A stretch of DNA of 64,000 bases, taken from assembly GCF_963921235.1 (NCBI RefSeq), contig NC_086098.1:5208001-5272000 (forward strand), given 5' to 3'. Below, one piece after another: positions 62,800 to 64,000 of this stretch; positions within the stretch are counted from its first letter, which is position 1; each line of letters begins with the position of its first letter. This DNA comes from Mobula hypostoma. Its lineage: Eukaryota. The notes beneath the pieces are model-generated. The model saw only the letters and a program-made list of their open reading frames with translations. It was not told the origin of the DNA and ran no database searches. The position numbers and the translations under genes are program-made.

Positions 62800-63659
62800 A
62801 CAATTTGTAAGACTGACTCTGGACAGAGGACTCTGGACAGCTTCACGCAGTGGCGTATGCCCCAGTAGGGGTGATGGCCTTGAGAAGAAATAGTTTCCCT
62901 CACTCCCCACACAAACCTCTTCCCCTGCAGGATGCAGGCGGCAGGTAACTCTGCTGTTGAATATCAAAGATAAAGGTTCAATTCTTGTTGCTGGTCACAT
63001 CTAGTATTTGTGACATAAATATAACTTGCTACTTGGCAGACATCATCAGCCCTAGCCTGAACATTATCATGAGTTGGTTTGGTTTCTCAGATGCACCAAA
63101 TACAATTGGGTGCTGTGTTATCATTAAATGTGCCCACTTCTAAGATCAGGAATAGAAATTTTGTGGATATGGCATACAGATTCCAAAATGTACTCTATTT
63201 CATCACATCCCACAGAGAGAGAGAGAGGAATTCAGTTACGTAAACAAAAAGTAAGGTATCTGAGGTCAGCAGCATTTACATCTGCGCACTTGGCCTGCTG
63301 CCCACCCAAACCACAGCCGTATGACTGAAGAGGTGTCTCAGTGAACAGTCCGGAGATTAATAGTCTGACAGCTTCTCACGCCAGTCCCCAGAAAGAGCTA
63401 CCAGCGCCAAACTTCCCTTGACACTACCCCAAACAAGATTCTGAACTTTAACCAGTTGAAGTTCTTTGTGTCCACCAGTCTTCCAAACTTGAATGTAACA
63501 GTCAATTTTAGTTTCTACACCTATCCCCCCCAACCATTTAGAAACCCCAACAGCCAGTTCCTCAGGTAACATCATTCCAGCCCCTTGACTACTAAATGGC
63601 ACTGAAATGATCAACAACCTCCACCATCTCTGTACTCAGATCTCACCCCCCCACCCCCC

Positions 63660-63850
63660 ATCACACAGCTCCAGGGTCCTTCTCCCCAACTGCAATGTGC
63701 CAGGAATCATCCCCCACTCAGGGGTTAACAACCAAAACCCACCCAGCTCCCAGGGTTACACCTCACCCACCCACCCAGCTCCCAAGGTTACACCTCACCC
63801 ACCCACACTGTTCTCAGGGTTACAACCCACCCACCGCTCCGGGGGGGGGG
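63660..63850. repeat. C-rich minisatellite, about 32-nt unit (acccacccagctcccagggttacacctc..)
   Basis: Three to five imperfect units visible between 63715 and 63840. Confidence 0.7.
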
Positions 63851-64000
63851 AGAGGGTGTCACACACCCCACTTCTACTTGTACTGCTCCTGGGTTTTATT
63901 TTCACCCTTCCCTTAGACACCCTCCTCTCCAACACTGCCCCTCTCTTTCGCTCAGCCTCAGTCCGTGCTCCCCCTCCTTTACTGCTCGCTCTCCCACTAT

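Overview
Vertebrate genomic DNA, probably a cartilaginous fish/batoid (inferred from the repeat families). It holds one host gene, MANEAL (GH99 endo-alpha-1,2-mannosidase-like, minus strand). Four coding exons were reconstructed by hand: 51168-50619, 40592-40483, 18389-18316 and 13998-13362 (1371 nt, 456 aa, all GT-AG, phases consistent). The rest is mostly nested transposons: esterase-encoding CR1 LINEs of several ages, a full-length L1 with TSD and one frameshift, a twin-primed L1, Penelope-like elements, Rex/Babar and RTE fragments, V-SINE/HE1-like SINEs, a solo LTR, a hAT MITE and a Tigger-like relic. Top leads: (1) the CR1 ORF1/ORF2 junction carries a U_UUA_AAC -1 slippery heptamer abutting the ORF1 stop, and the best-preserved ORF2 has no AUG before its endonuclease, suggesting gag-pol-like frameshifting; (2) Penelope-like ends carry minimal hammerhead-ribozyme motifs, including a perfect 72-bp fold-back insertion and two sense copies in the putative MANEAL 3'UTR. 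Repeat boundaries are by eye and approximate unless a TSD is given. No prokaryotic-type features.
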